Below are positions 9,437 to 18,805 of a stretch of 64,000 nt of DNA, piece by piece. Numbering within the stretch: the stretch's first letter is position 1; each line of letters begins with the position of its first letter. The translations under genes and the position numbers were made by a program. The DNA comes from Alistipes sp. (GTDB taxonomy: Bacteria; Bacteroidota; Bacteroidia; Bacteroidales; Rikenellaceae), in assembly GCA_045645625.1 (NCBI GenBank), contig JAZRJD010000049.1, positions 13,890 through 77,889 on the forward strand, written 5' to 3'. A model generated the notes under the pieces. That model was given only the letters and a program-made list of their open reading frames with translations. It ran no database searches and was not told where the DNA came from.

Positions 9437-12400
9437 CTACTTGCGCGACTTTGGAGAAAGCCAGTAGCCCTCAGTGTTGAACTTACGGACATTGTTCTTA
9501 ATCTCCTCGGTGCTGAGAATCTTGTAGGTCTGCTTCTCAACCTTGCCGCACTCCATCTTGCTTGTGAATGGAGTAATCGAGAGTTTGCCGATAGGAGCAG
9601 TGTAGTCTGCACTGTTGATGATGCTCTTACCCTTTGTGCTGTTGAGTTTGCGCAAAGCACTGGTCGAAACCTCAGGCTTCTCCGGTGCAGGCTCTGTCCA
9701 GCCCTTGGTCAAAACAACCTCCGATACTACATAAGTGTCGTGGAATGCAGGACCTGTCAGGTAGTCGTACATCACATTTGGCCAACCAGTACACTCAACC
9801 TCTGTCTTTTCACCGGTCTCCTCGTTTGTGGCGGTATACTTCATGGTTGTCGATTGGAGAGTGATAGTGATAGCACCATCTACGCTCTCAACCTTAACTG
9901 GGATACCAACCTCTTCGCAACTCAACTTATCGCTTCCGATGTAGTAAGCGTAGCCATGCTCGAAGTTACCCGATACGAGGTAGTGGTTTGCTGCCTGATA
10001 CCAGCGTGTGAGAGGTGGCACCTGTTCATAGTTTACAGGGATAAAGATATCGCCATTCTCGTTGGTCTGCAAGAACCACTTTGGACCGAAGTCGTTGAAG
10101 AGGTAACTTGTCTGTGCAGCACCATACTTGTCGTGAACGAAGAGATCCCAAGGGGTAGTAAGAACTAAGTTTTCACTGTCGTCTACAGCCCAACCCTGGC
10201 AGAGAACACGATTCTGCAACTTGTTGGTCTCGTTGAATGTCTTCTCAATCTCCTTGAACTCAGTCCACTGCTTGTCAGCGTCTTCTCTCGAAACCTTCAA
10301 ACTTTCGAGCAATGTGTAATCTTCTTCTGTAAGGTTAGCCTTCGATGTCAAGTCACCAATCGTAACCTTCCAACTGTGCTCCTTCTCGGTATAGAATGGC
10401 TGACCATTATCTTCTGTTGCATTCCAGTTCCAAGTACGAACTGTTGCCGAAGCAGTCCAGTCGCCTTTCAACGAATTCAAGAGAGTCATATCTGCCTCAG
10501 GAGCAGCAGGTGCAGGCAATGTTCTCGCGGTTGCAACGGCCTGTGAACCCTCTGCATCAGGATCGCTTGGACGATTCTCGATGTTCCAACCCATAACTGC
10601 CAATGTGAACTCTTGGTTGTCGCGGAGGTAGTCAATTTCGAGGTCGTAACCCTTCTTCGAGTTTACCTTGTCGAGGTTTGCGCCAATAATCTCGGCATAA
10701 CCCAAGTTCGCCTCTACGATATCGGCGTATGAGCTGGTGCTACCCATATAAGACTCGAACTCACGAGTGTAGTTCGCTGCGTATGCAAGACGCTCTACCT
10801 TGTTGCTCTTGTAGTTAGGGTTCTTGATGTTGAACTTAACGGTGTGTGGGTCATAACTATCGTAAGCAGTTACAATCAACTCAGGAGCATCTTTCGAGTA
10901 GTCAGGAATACGGAAAGCCTGACGCATAAAGTTCTGCTTGGTAAGGTCTGGGTAGGCGTTACCCTCGCTATCAATTGCACTTGGTACCGCAGTTACGACA
11001 ACTTGGTATCTCATACCTGCATAGAGGTAGTAGTTCTCTGCGAGGTCAATCTCCGATACAACAACCTTTCCATCGGCAGAGTCGTTGTAGAGATACTGGA
11101 ATCCGAACTGCATACCAATCTCCGATGTGGAGAACCACTGCCAGAGGTCGTAGTTGTTGTCAAGGAACAATCGGGTAATCGAAGAATATGTGCTACCTTC
11201 CTCACCCTGAATAGGGAATACTCCAACGCAGTAAGCATATACATTTTTGCTTGGGGTAAATCTCAAAGTACCCGAAGATGGCGAGAGATTCTTGGTAGTG
11301 ATCTTAACTGTTCCATCGAACTTCTCAGGCTGTTTTGCAGTAACTTGTACGGTTTTGTGCCAATAAGGTTTGCCATCTTTATCCTCCGTCATCCAGTATG
11401 CATTCTCGTCAACCTCTGTGCCACCGCCAAGAATAGGGAAACGAGGGGTTACAGATAACGGACCTGGATCAGATTCAGTGTCAATGATATACTGCATATA
11501 GTTGTACGGATACCAATACCAACCTGGACCCCACGAGAAATCAATTGTAGCGTGATTCTTATCACAAGTTGCAATTTTGTGACCTGCATTTGCGCCCGTC
11601 TCATTGTCTCCGAGGGTACAGTTTGCATAGCCACACTCGGTGAACATAAACAACATTGGCTCACCCGGCGCCATCAAGAAGTGATAGGTCGTAGCCTCTG
11701 CTGTGCCTGCCTCTACCATTGGATCGTTCTTGTGGCACTCCTTCATTATGGCAGTTCCATCCTCGTTATAGCCCTCGAAATAGGTGTACATAATTTCACC
11801 CGGATACTTCTCGCTCCAACGGTATGCGCTATTGTGGCATACATTGATAAGGGTGTCACCCGAAATCAGATAGCCTGGATAAACATTCTCGTTGGTGTGC
11901 ATGAAATCAATATCTATACCACCATAAGCCCACTTGCTATACTTGTGGAAGGCTGTATTGGTAACGCCCCACTTAACCTTGTGACCGCGCTCCTTGATGT
12001 ACTCAGGGAACATAAAGTCGATCTGCGCACCCTCGTATGTCGAGCCGAGCACCATCATGTCAAGTGGCTGCTCAGGAGTTGCGTTGTAGTACTCTGTCGG
12101 AGTCTCGAACTTATAACGGAAGATAGGATCGATATCCTCGTTGAGGTAGGACATATTCGACACAGCAACAACAAAGCAGAAGCGATACTTCTTGCCGAGA
12201 CGGAGACCATTGTCACCCGAGGTGAGTGTGATGTTGTCTGTATTGCCCGAAATTGCAGTACCATTCCAACGAATCTCTGTCAGTATAGGCTCTTCGTCTT
12301 CGTTCTCCGCGGTAATTTCCTCTACAATGTAGTAGATCTTCGGAATGTTCTCCGAAACTACCGGAAGGGTAGCCGAAATAGCAGGGGTAGTCAAACCATC

Positions 12401-12538
12401 TCCTGCACTTACAGTAAGTTCTCCCGCAATCTCAAACTTGGGAGGACCCATCGTTACATCGGGAGTACACGATGTTGTCATGCCGCTGATCCATGCAAAA
12501 AGACCGCAGATGACGAGTGTTTTGAATAATTGTTTCAT
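9437..12538 (-). CDS. Large (1033 aa) uncharacterised surface lipoprotein
   Basis: Lipobox-like TTSC at about residue 24; beta-rich, aromatic/acidic composition; no recognisable enzyme motif. Confidence 0.75.
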   Translation of the reverse strand: MKQLFKTLVICGLFAWISGMTTSCTPDVTMGPPKFEIAGELTVSAGDGLTTPAISATLPVVSENIPKIYYIVEEITAENEDEEPILTEIRWNGTAISGNTDNITLTSGDNGLRLGKKYRFCFVVAVSNMSYLNEDIDPIFRYKFETPTEYYNATPEQPLDMMVLGSTYEGAQIDFMFPEYIKERGHKVKWGVTNTAFHKYSKWAYGGIDIDFMHTNENVYPGYLISGDTLINVCHNSAYRWSEKYPGEIMYTYFEGYNEDGTAIMKECHKNDPMVEAGTAEATTYHFLMAPGEPMLFMFTECGYANCTLGDNETGANAGHKIATCDKNHATIDFSWGPGWYWYPYNYMQYIIDTESDPGPLSVTPRFPILGGGTEVDENAYWMTEDKDGKPYWHKTVQVTAKQPEKFDGTVKITTKNLSPSSGTLRFTPSKNVYAYCVGVFPIQGEEGSTYSSITRLFLDNNYDLWQWFSTSEIGMQFGFQYLYNDSADGKVVVSEIDLAENYYLYAGMRYQVVVTAVPSAIDSEGNAYPDLTKQNFMRQAFRIPDYSKDAPELIVTAYDSYDPHTVKFNIKNPNYKSNKVERLAYAANYTREFESYMGSTSSYADIVEANLGYAEIIGANLDKVNSKKGYDLEIDYLRDNQEFTLAVMGWNIENRPSDPDAEGSQAVATARTLPAPAAPEADMTLLNSLKGDWTASATVRTWNWNATEDNGQPFYTEKEHSWKVTIGDLTSKANLTEEDYTLLESLKVSREDADKQWTEFKEIEKTFNETNKLQNRVLCQGWAVDDSENLVLTTPWDLFVHDKYGAAQTSYLFNDFGPKWFLQTNENGDIFIPVNYEQVPPLTRWYQAANHYLVSGNFEHGYAYYIGSDKLSCEEVGIPVKVESVDGAITITLQSTTMKYTATNEETGEKTEVECTGWPNVMYDYLTGPAFHDTYVVSEVVLTKGWTEPAPEKPEVSTSALRKLNSTKGKSIINSADYTAPIGKLSITPFTSKMECGKVEKQTYKILSTEEIKNNVRKFNTEGYWLSPKSRK

Positions 12539-12713
12539 AAAAATTTTTATTTAGTGAATTGAAATAAAATTATCTATCGGGGCGCAAGATACGAATAATT
12601 TTTTAGAAATTTTATGAATTGCATAACTTTTTTTGATTTTGCCCTGTTAATACGCATACACGCGCGAATAATCACATATTGTTAAACGAATAAATATGCC
12701 TATTTTGCTACAT

Positions 12714-12752
12714 AAAAAACCTGCCGAGCAGCAATCTGTTCGGCAGTGTTTT
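12714..12752 (-). terminator. Probable terminator downstream of the dsbD operon
   Basis: aaaaaacctgccgagcag...ctgttcggcagtgtttt hairpin. Confidence 0.6.
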
Positions 12753-12837
12753 TATGGTTATCTATTAATTTCGAGCGTTGTTGCGGCGCAACCTTTCTGG
12801 GAGTTACCGGGGGTGGGCTACCTGCTTTTTCACTCCT

Positions 12838-12926
12838 TCCGAACCCCCACCGTGGTCAAGGCGCAACCCTGATAGGGGTTGTAGGGGCGGGCTTTCAGCC
12901 CTTAATAGGGGTTGTAGGGTGCGCGG
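12838..12926 (+). repeat. Composite ATAGGGG intergenic repeat copy
   Basis: 12882-12926 matches 56975-57019 at 43/45 nt; both preceded by cgtggtcRaggcgca. Confidence 0.8.
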
Positions 12927-12973
12927 GAGCAAATTAAGAATTAAGAATTATTTTTTAATTCATAGTTCTCCGC

Positions 12974-13164
12974 TCTCAGTTAATCCTGCTCCGCAGTCTT
13001 TTCTTCCTCGCGGCTCGGCATAGTGCAAACAAGTTTGCCCTCTGCTCTCGCTCCGCATCGTCAGTTCTCAGTTCTCAGTTAATCCTGCTTCGCAGTCTTT
13101 TCTTCCTCGCGGCTCGGCATAGTGTGCAAGCACCCTCTGCCCTCGCTCCGCAGCGTCAGTTCTC
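12974..13164. repeat. Tandem pair of ~92-96 bp structured repeat units embedded in agttctc heptamers
   Basis: 12974-13069 and 13073-13164 share tcagttaatcctgctYcgcagtcttttcttcctcgcggctcggcatagtg...ccctctgcYctcgctccgca.cgtcagttctc. Confidence 0.85.
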
Positions 13165-13174
13165 CGCTTTTTGT

Positions 13175-13217
13175 CCCCCCCCTGTTTTAGGGAGACGAGC
13201 GAAGCGGAGGGGGGTAA
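13175..13217 (-). repeat. REP-like GC-rich double-hairpin repeat
   Basis: ccccctgttttagggagacgagcgaagcggagggggta; similar to 39763-39799. Confidence 0.55.
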
Positions 13218-13233
13218 TTCTCTCGTCTCTCGT

Positions 13234-15180
13234 CTATTTTTTGTACTCCTCTACGCCTTTACGCAGGAACTCGACAAATCCCTCTACCGAGAGGTCATAG
13301 CCGCGTGGCTCGCCCAAAATCGCCCCATTCTTGCCCTGCAAAACATAGTATGGTTGTGCATTTACGCCAAAGCGAGTGAGGGCGTAGTTAGCATTTGCCT
13401 TGCCGAGAGTTTTCAGCACCTTGCCACTCTCGGTGGTTACCCAGTCGCTCTCCGGCAACGGCATCTTATCATCGGTGTAGAGTGCCACAACGACATATTC
13501 ATCGCGCAAAATCTGCTGTACGGTAGGGTCTGCCCAAACTCGTGCCTCCATCTCGCGACAGTTCACGCAACCGTGTCCCGTAAAATCGATAAATATCGGT
13601 TTTCCAACCTTTGCTGCATACGCCTCTGCCTCCTTCATATCGAAGAAGCCCTTTAAGCCGTGCGGAAGGTGGAGGAAATCGCTATATTTCGCACTGTTTA
13701 CATCGACCTCGCCCTTGGTTGCTGTGGCAGGTGCAGAGCCCTGTCCTACAACGAAATCCTGAGTTGAGAGTGGTGGCAGGTAGCCTGACAATGCCTTCAA
13801 AGGTGCACCCCACATGCCCGGAATCATATAGACTACGAATGTGAATACGCCGATAGCCAATGCCAAGCGACCTACGCCGATATGCTTAACCTCGCTGTCG
13901 TGCGCAAACTTTATCTTGCCCAAGAGGTACAAGCCGAGCAGCGAGAATGTCACAATCCAAATTGCAAGATATACCTCGCGGTCGAGCAGGTTCCAGTGAT
14001 ATACTTGGTCGGCAACGCTGAGGAACTTGAATCCGAGTGCCACCTCGACAAATCCGAGAACAACCTTTACCGAGTTGAGCCAACCGCCGCTCTTTGGTAA
14101 CTTCTGCAACAACGAAGGGAAGAATGCAAAGAGGGTAAACGGCAGTGCAAAGGCGGTCGAGAATGCCAACATCGTGATAATTGGCGACCACACCTCGCCC
14201 GAGGTCGATTTGATAAGCACCGAGCCTACGATAGGGCCTGTGCAGGAGAACGACACCAGCACGAGTGTCAATGCCATAAAGAAGATGCCTCCGATACCGC
14301 CCTTATCCGACTTGGCATCGCTCTTGTTTACGAGTGCGCTCGGCATTGTAATCTCGAATGCGCCGAAGAACGAGGCTGCAAATATCATAAATACAATGAA
14401 GAATAAGATATTTGGCAACCAGTGTGTCGCAAGCCAGTTGAAGATGTCGGCTGTTACGGCATCACCACCCACTACGCGCGTAATAATAATAAGTATAGCG
14501 ATAGGGAGTGTGTAGAGTGCAACGATAAACAAGCCATACAACGAGGCATTGATACGACCACGCGCTGCCGAGCCGCTATTCTTCATAAAGAACGATACTG
14601 TCATCGGTACCATAGGGAATACGCATGGGGTGAGCAGTGCTGCAAATCCCCACAATATAGCCTCGATAATGAGCGACCACAACGAGCCACTACCTGCGGC
14701 ATCTTTTACCTCCTTAACCTCTGCCTGCGGAGCCGTTGCGCCCTTGCCGAGCGTTACAACAACCTCCTCATCGGTCGGTGGGGTGCAGTTGGTGTCGTTG
14801 CACGCCATATACTCGATTGTGACCTTTACATCGCCCTCGCCCTCGAAATCCTGCTCGAAGAGAGCCTCTTTCTCGAAGTAGCCAATCTCAATGCCGAAGA
14901 TATCGTCCATCTGGCGCACCGCCTTCGATACTACGCGCATATCGCCAACAGCCTTAACGCCCTCGCTTGGCTCGAACTTCAACGAAGTGGCGGTGATAAA
15001 CTCGTAAGGTCCGAGGTCGTAGATATGCCAACCATCGGCCATCTGCGCCTTCATCTGCACGGTGTAACTGTCGTTGCCGTTGTCGGTTACTGAGTGTTTC
15101 CACTTTACCTCTCCTTGCGCCAATACCGTCATCGGTACTACGCACAAGAGTAGCAATAAAAAGTTTCGTAGAATTTTCAT
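13234..15180 (-). CDS. dsbD: Thiol:disulfide interchange protein DsbD
   Basis: N-domain YMACNDTNC; TM domain LTPCVFPMVP and FSCTGP; C-terminal thioredoxin GHGCVNCREME. Confidence 0.92.
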   Translation of the reverse strand: MKILRNFLLLLLCVVPMTVLAQGEVKWKHSVTDNGNDSYTVQMKAQMADGWHIYDLGPYEFITATSLKFEPSEGVKAVGDMRVVSKAVRQMDDIFGIEIGYFEKEALFEQDFEGEGDVKVTIEYMACNDTNCTPPTDEEVVVTLGKGATAPQAEVKEVKDAAGSGSLWSLIIEAILWGFAALLTPCVFPMVPMTVSFFMKNSGSAARGRINASLYGLFIVALYTLPIAILIIITRVVGGDAVTADIFNWLATHWLPNILFFIVFMIFAASFFGAFEITMPSALVNKSDAKSDKGGIGGIFFMALTLVLVSFSCTGPIVGSVLIKSTSGEVWSPIITMLAFSTAFALPFTLFAFFPSLLQKLPKSGGWLNSVKVVLGFVEVALGFKFLSVADQVYHWNLLDREVYLAIWIVTFSLLGLYLLGKIKFAHDSEVKHIGVGRLALAIGVFTFVVYMIPGMWGAPLKALSGYLPPLSTQDFVVGQGSAPATATKGEVDVNSAKYSDFLHLPHGLKGFFDMKEAEAYAAKVGKPIFIDFTGHGCVNCREMEARVWADPTVQQILRDEYVVVALYTDDKMPLPESDWVTTESGKVLKTLGKANANYALTRFGVNAQPYYVLQGKNGAILGEPRGYDLSVEGFVEFLRKGVEEYKK

Positions 15181-15182
15181 AA

Positions 15183-16031
15183 TTATTTAAGTTTACTATT
15201 TAATTTTTCAAATTTAAGCATCTGCCAAATATCGCATTTGCGGTTTTGCTGCAACTTGAAGCCGAGCGACTTCGCCTTTCTGGTCAGTGGGGCGATATCC
15301 TCCTCCAAAAAGCCGCTTATCACAAGCACTCCGCCTGCCGAGAGGGTTGCGGCGTAAGCCTTCATATCTGCCAGCAATACATTGCGATTGATGTTCGCAA
15401 GCACAATATCGAACTTCCTGCCCTCTATCGCTGCAACATCGCCATAAACCGACTTCACGCGGTCGCTGACTTCGTTGAGTGCGATATTTTCGCGGACACT
15501 CTCCTCTGCCATATCGTCAATCTCGACCGCTAACACGCCCTCTGCGCCGAGTTTTGCGGCTACAATTGCCAATACGCCTGTGCCGCTGCCCATATCCAGT
15601 ACCTGCCTGCCCTGCAAATTCAGGTCTAGTAGTGCTTCAATCATCAGTTGGGTGGTGCAGTGATGCCCCGTGCCAAACGACATCTTCGGCTGTATCACAA
15701 TCTCCAAACCCATGTAGTGAGGTCGAGCCTTGTGGAACGGAGCGCGAATAAGCACCTTGCCATCGACCTCCACCTCCTCGAAGTTGCTCTCCCATACGGC
15801 GTTCCAATTCTGCTGCTCGATATCCTCGAAGTAGAAGTCGAGAATGCCCTCGTTGTGCAACAACTCCTCGATACTCTCCTTGCATTCAAGGAGTTCGCTC
15901 TGCGGAATATAGGCGTTGAGCATCCCGCCCGCGTAGTCGAAACTATCAAACGGAAAATCGGCGAGATATGCGGTAAGAATATCCCCCTGCTCCTCCGTTG
16001 CGGAGATTGATAATTTCGTGTAGGTAGCCAT
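15183..16031 (-). CDS. prmA: Ribosomal protein L11 methyltransferase
   Basis: PKMSFGTGHH.TT, VLDMGSGTGVLAI, LANINRN. Confidence 0.93.
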   Translation of the reverse strand: MATYTKLSISATEEQGDILTAYLADFPFDSFDYAGGMLNAYIPQSELLECKESIEELLHNEGILDFYFEDIEQQNWNAVWESNFEEVEVDGKVLIRAPFHKARPHYMGLEIVIQPKMSFGTGHHCTTQLMIEALLDLNLQGRQVLDMGSGTGVLAIVAAKLGAEGVLAVEIDDMAEESVRENIALNEVSDRVKSVYGDVAAIEGRKFDIVLANINRNVLLADMKAYAATLSAGGVLVISGFLEEDIAPLTRKAKSLGFKLQQNRKCDIWQMLKFEKLNSKLK

Positions 16032-16099
16032 AAATTTTTTAGTTAGTAGTGAGTAGAGAGTAGTTGAAAAATAATTTTCTTTCGTCTTTCGTCTCTCGT

Positions 16100-17299
16100 C
16101 TATTCCACATATAGCACCAAGCCCTTCAAATACTCGCCCTCGGGGTGGTAGATGTTGATAGGGTGGTCGGTTGGTTGTGTCAGTTGGTGGAGAATACGCA
16201 CTTTGCGCCCCGCAATCGCCGCTGCGGTAAATACTGTGGTGCGGAACAACTCCTTCGATACAGCCTGCGAACAGGAGAATGTAAAGAGTATTCCTCCACT
16301 TTTAATCTGCGACAATGCACGAGCATTCAGTCGCTTGTAACCCTGCATCGCATTTCCCAAAACCTTGTGGTGCTTGGCAAATGCTGGCGGGTCGAGGATT
16401 ATCATATCGTACTTGTCGCCAATATCTTTCAAATACTCCACTGCATCGCACGCTAACGCGGTGTGCGGTGCATCTTCGCCAAAGTTCAACTTTATATTCT
16501 CATCGACAAGCCTTACCGCACGCTCCGAAGCATCTATCGAGCATACCTCCTTTGCTCCTCCTGCCAGAGCATAGACCGAAAAGCCTCCCGTATAGCAGAA
16601 TGTGTTTAAGACGGTGCGACCTTTGGCATACTGCTCTACGAGGTGACGGTTAAATCGTTGGTCGATGAAGAAACCGGTCTTCTGTCCCTCCTCCCAATTT
16701 ACGAGGAACTTGCGACCATTCTCCATCACTACATTATCCTTCTCGGAAGAGCCGTAGAGGTAACCATCAACGGCGTTAAGGTTAGCCTTGAACGGTACGG
16801 TCTGCGCACTCTTGTCGTAGATGGCGGTAATCTTCTCGCCATAGACCTCGCGAATGGCGGTTGCTATCTCGTTGCGCGAGAGGTACATTCCCACCGAGTG
16901 ACACTGCACCACGGCTGTCGTGCCATAGATATCTACCACCAAACCCGGCAACAGGTCGCCCTCTCCATGAATAAGGCGGTAGCAGTTGGTCTGCGGATTA
17001 TCGGTCAAATCGAGCGCACGGCGAACATTGTGCGCACTCTCAATGCGGTCGTGCCACCACGCTGCATCTATTGCCTCCTGCTCGAAGGTTAACACTCGCA
17101 CCGCAATCGAGCCAATCTGGTAGTGTCCGCGGGCGATGTAGTCGCCTCGTTGTGTCAGCACATCTACCACTGTGCCCTCGGGGATATTCTCTCCCTCGCA
17201 CTCCACGCGCTCAATGGCACCCGAGAATACCCAAGGGTGACGGCGTTGCAGCGACTCCTCTTTGCCGCGGCGAAGATATATTTTTGCTATGCTCTCCAT
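16100..17299 (-). CDS. rlmI: RlmI-like 23S rRNA m5C methyltransferase
   Basis: PUA domain RRHPWVFSGAI, GQKTGFFIDQR, LNTFCYTGGFS, DPPAFAK, TFSCS. Confidence 0.88.
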   Translation of the reverse strand: MESIAKIYLRRGKEESLQRRHPWVFSGAIERVECEGENIPEGTVVDVLTQRGDYIARGHYQIGSIAVRVLTFEQEAIDAAWWHDRIESAHNVRRALDLTDNPQTNCYRLIHGEGDLLPGLVVDIYGTTAVVQCHSVGMYLSRNEIATAIREVYGEKITAIYDKSAQTVPFKANLNAVDGYLYGSSEKDNVVMENGRKFLVNWEEGQKTGFFIDQRFNRHLVEQYAKGRTVLNTFCYTGGFSVYALAGGAKEVCSIDASERAVRLVDENIKLNFGEDAPHTALACDAVEYLKDIGDKYDMIILDPPAFAKHHKVLGNAMQGYKRLNARALSQIKSGGILFTFSCSQAVSKELFRTTVFTAAAIAGRKVRILHQLTQPTDHPINIYHPEGEYLKGLVLYVE

Positions 17300-17303
17300 A
17301 GTG

Positions 17304-18800
17304 CTATTCGTAAGGCTCTACATAAATCGTAAATACCAGCGGCGTATACGGCAAAATCTCCGTACTTATAGTTGTCGTTGTCGTGGAATCCTCTGCGCTG
17401 TAATCGTAGTTATAGTTGTAGTAATTGTAGTCGTAGTAGTTGTAGTACGGACTATAATAGTTGTAGTACGAATTGTAGTAGTTGTAGTAGTTCAGCGCGT
17501 TGTAGTAGTTTGCCGAACTTGAAGAGGTCTCGGTCGTGGTTGTTCCCGAAAGACCTGCTGCTCCGTAGGCATATCCCGATGTGGTGACAATTCTGCCGAA
17601 TGCTCCGTGGTGCATCTTCGGAATGCAGTAGTACCACGCTCCGATAGCCTGACGCTCACTATCCGCCTTGTCCTTGTCGTCCGAAGGGCTGTAACTGAAT
17701 ACCTCGCAAATAGGGTCGCTCTCGCCAAATACCAACTTGCGTATCTCGGCGATGTTGGTATCCACTACAAAGCCATCGAGGAAGCGTACTACATACCACA
17801 CATTGGCGCGCCCGTTGTCGCCGACCAAGGTGCCGTACTTGTCATCTTTGATATGCTCCTCGGTGATAGTCTCTCCCTCGCCAAAGCGTTCGAGCAGTAT
17901 TCGGTTAATCTCCATATTTATCTTCGACATATCGACATACTTCTTGGTGTCGGTATATGGGTTGCTCGTACCCTCGATATGTGGTTGCATGTACTTGTAG
18001 TCGTAGACATTGTCGCTCTGTGGGTTGTAGTCGAAGGTGTAGTACAGACCTTTGAGTTTCAAGTCGTCATCGGCATCCTCTTTCTCCTCTTCGGTCTTCT
18101 CTGCCTGTGTCCAGTTGCCGCCCTTTACATACTCCGACACCATCTCTAACTCCTTGTCCGAAGGGTTTTTGATGGCACCCAATACCTCGATATCTAATAC
18201 TAACGGTCGCGATGCATCGAGCGCGTACTGTCCCTCGTAACCACCCTCAGTCGATGAGCCACTCTCGCCGTATGCTATCCACGATGGGAGATATAGTCGC
18301 ACCTTCGAGCCACGGCGCATCTTGTGGGTTGTGTCGCCAATCTTCAAAGCATTGCGCATTGCGAGGTATGTGCCCTCCAAGAGCCCCATGTTCACATTAC
18401 CGCAGTAGTTGATGTACGGCACATAGTGGGTGAAGTAGGAGAATGTACCGCACATATCTGCCAACGAACCGCTTCGAGTCATGCATATCGAGCCGTTTAT
18501 GTCGCGACCTGTCATCTGGGTAAATACCCAGCAGGTATCCTGCTCCATCAGAGGCTCCGAGCCAAAGTCGTTTTCGGTGGCAGCAATGCCCTCATCGCCC
18601 TCGGCGAGAATCTCGACATAGTAGCCGCCCTCCTCTTGGTAGTTGTTTACGAGTTCGGGTTTGTGAAGTCGTATCCACGCATCGAGCGAGACCTTTTCGC
18701 GCTCTTTATTCGATACCGACTCCTCCGTTATACACGACACTAATGCGATAGCCGCAAAGAGTATCGCAATAGTGGTTTTTATATTTTTCCAAAAAATCAT
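17304..18800 (-). CDS. Lipoprotein with two FKBP-like domains and a Tyr/Asn low-complexity insert
   Basis: Lipobox LVSC; KVRLYLPSWIAYG...PLVLDIEV and AYG..G...ILPYTPLVFTIYVE FKBP C-terminal motifs. Confidence 0.7.
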   Translation of the reverse strand: MIFWKNIKTTIAILFAAIALVSCITEESVSNKEREKVSLDAWIRLHKPELVNNYQEEGGYYVEILAEGDEGIAATENDFGSEPLMEQDTCWVFTQMTGRDINGSICMTRSGSLADMCGTFSYFTHYVPYINYCGNVNMGLLEGTYLAMRNALKIGDTTHKMRRGSKVRLYLPSWIAYGESGSSTEGGYEGQYALDASRPLVLDIEVLGAIKNPSDKELEMVSEYVKGGNWTQAEKTEEEKEDADDDLKLKGLYYTFDYNPQSDNVYDYKYMQPHIEGTSNPYTDTKKYVDMSKINMEINRILLERFGEGETITEEHIKDDKYGTLVGDNGRANVWYVVRFLDGFVVDTNIAEIRKLVFGESDPICEVFSYSPSDDKDKADSERQAIGAWYYCIPKMHHGAFGRIVTTSGYAYGAAGLSGTTTTETSSSSANYYNALNYYNYYNSYYNYYSPYYNYYDYNYYNYNYDYSAEDSTTTTTISTEILPYTPLVFTIYVEPYE

Positions 18801-18805
18801 ATACT

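Noticed and set aside
12746-13023. Short ORFs of 63 and 81 aa, and similar ones at 57212-57517
   Set aside because: They are translations of intergenic repeats or of tmRNA.
12974-13164. Possible CRISPR array
   Set aside because: Only two long units, no unique spacers, no cas genes.
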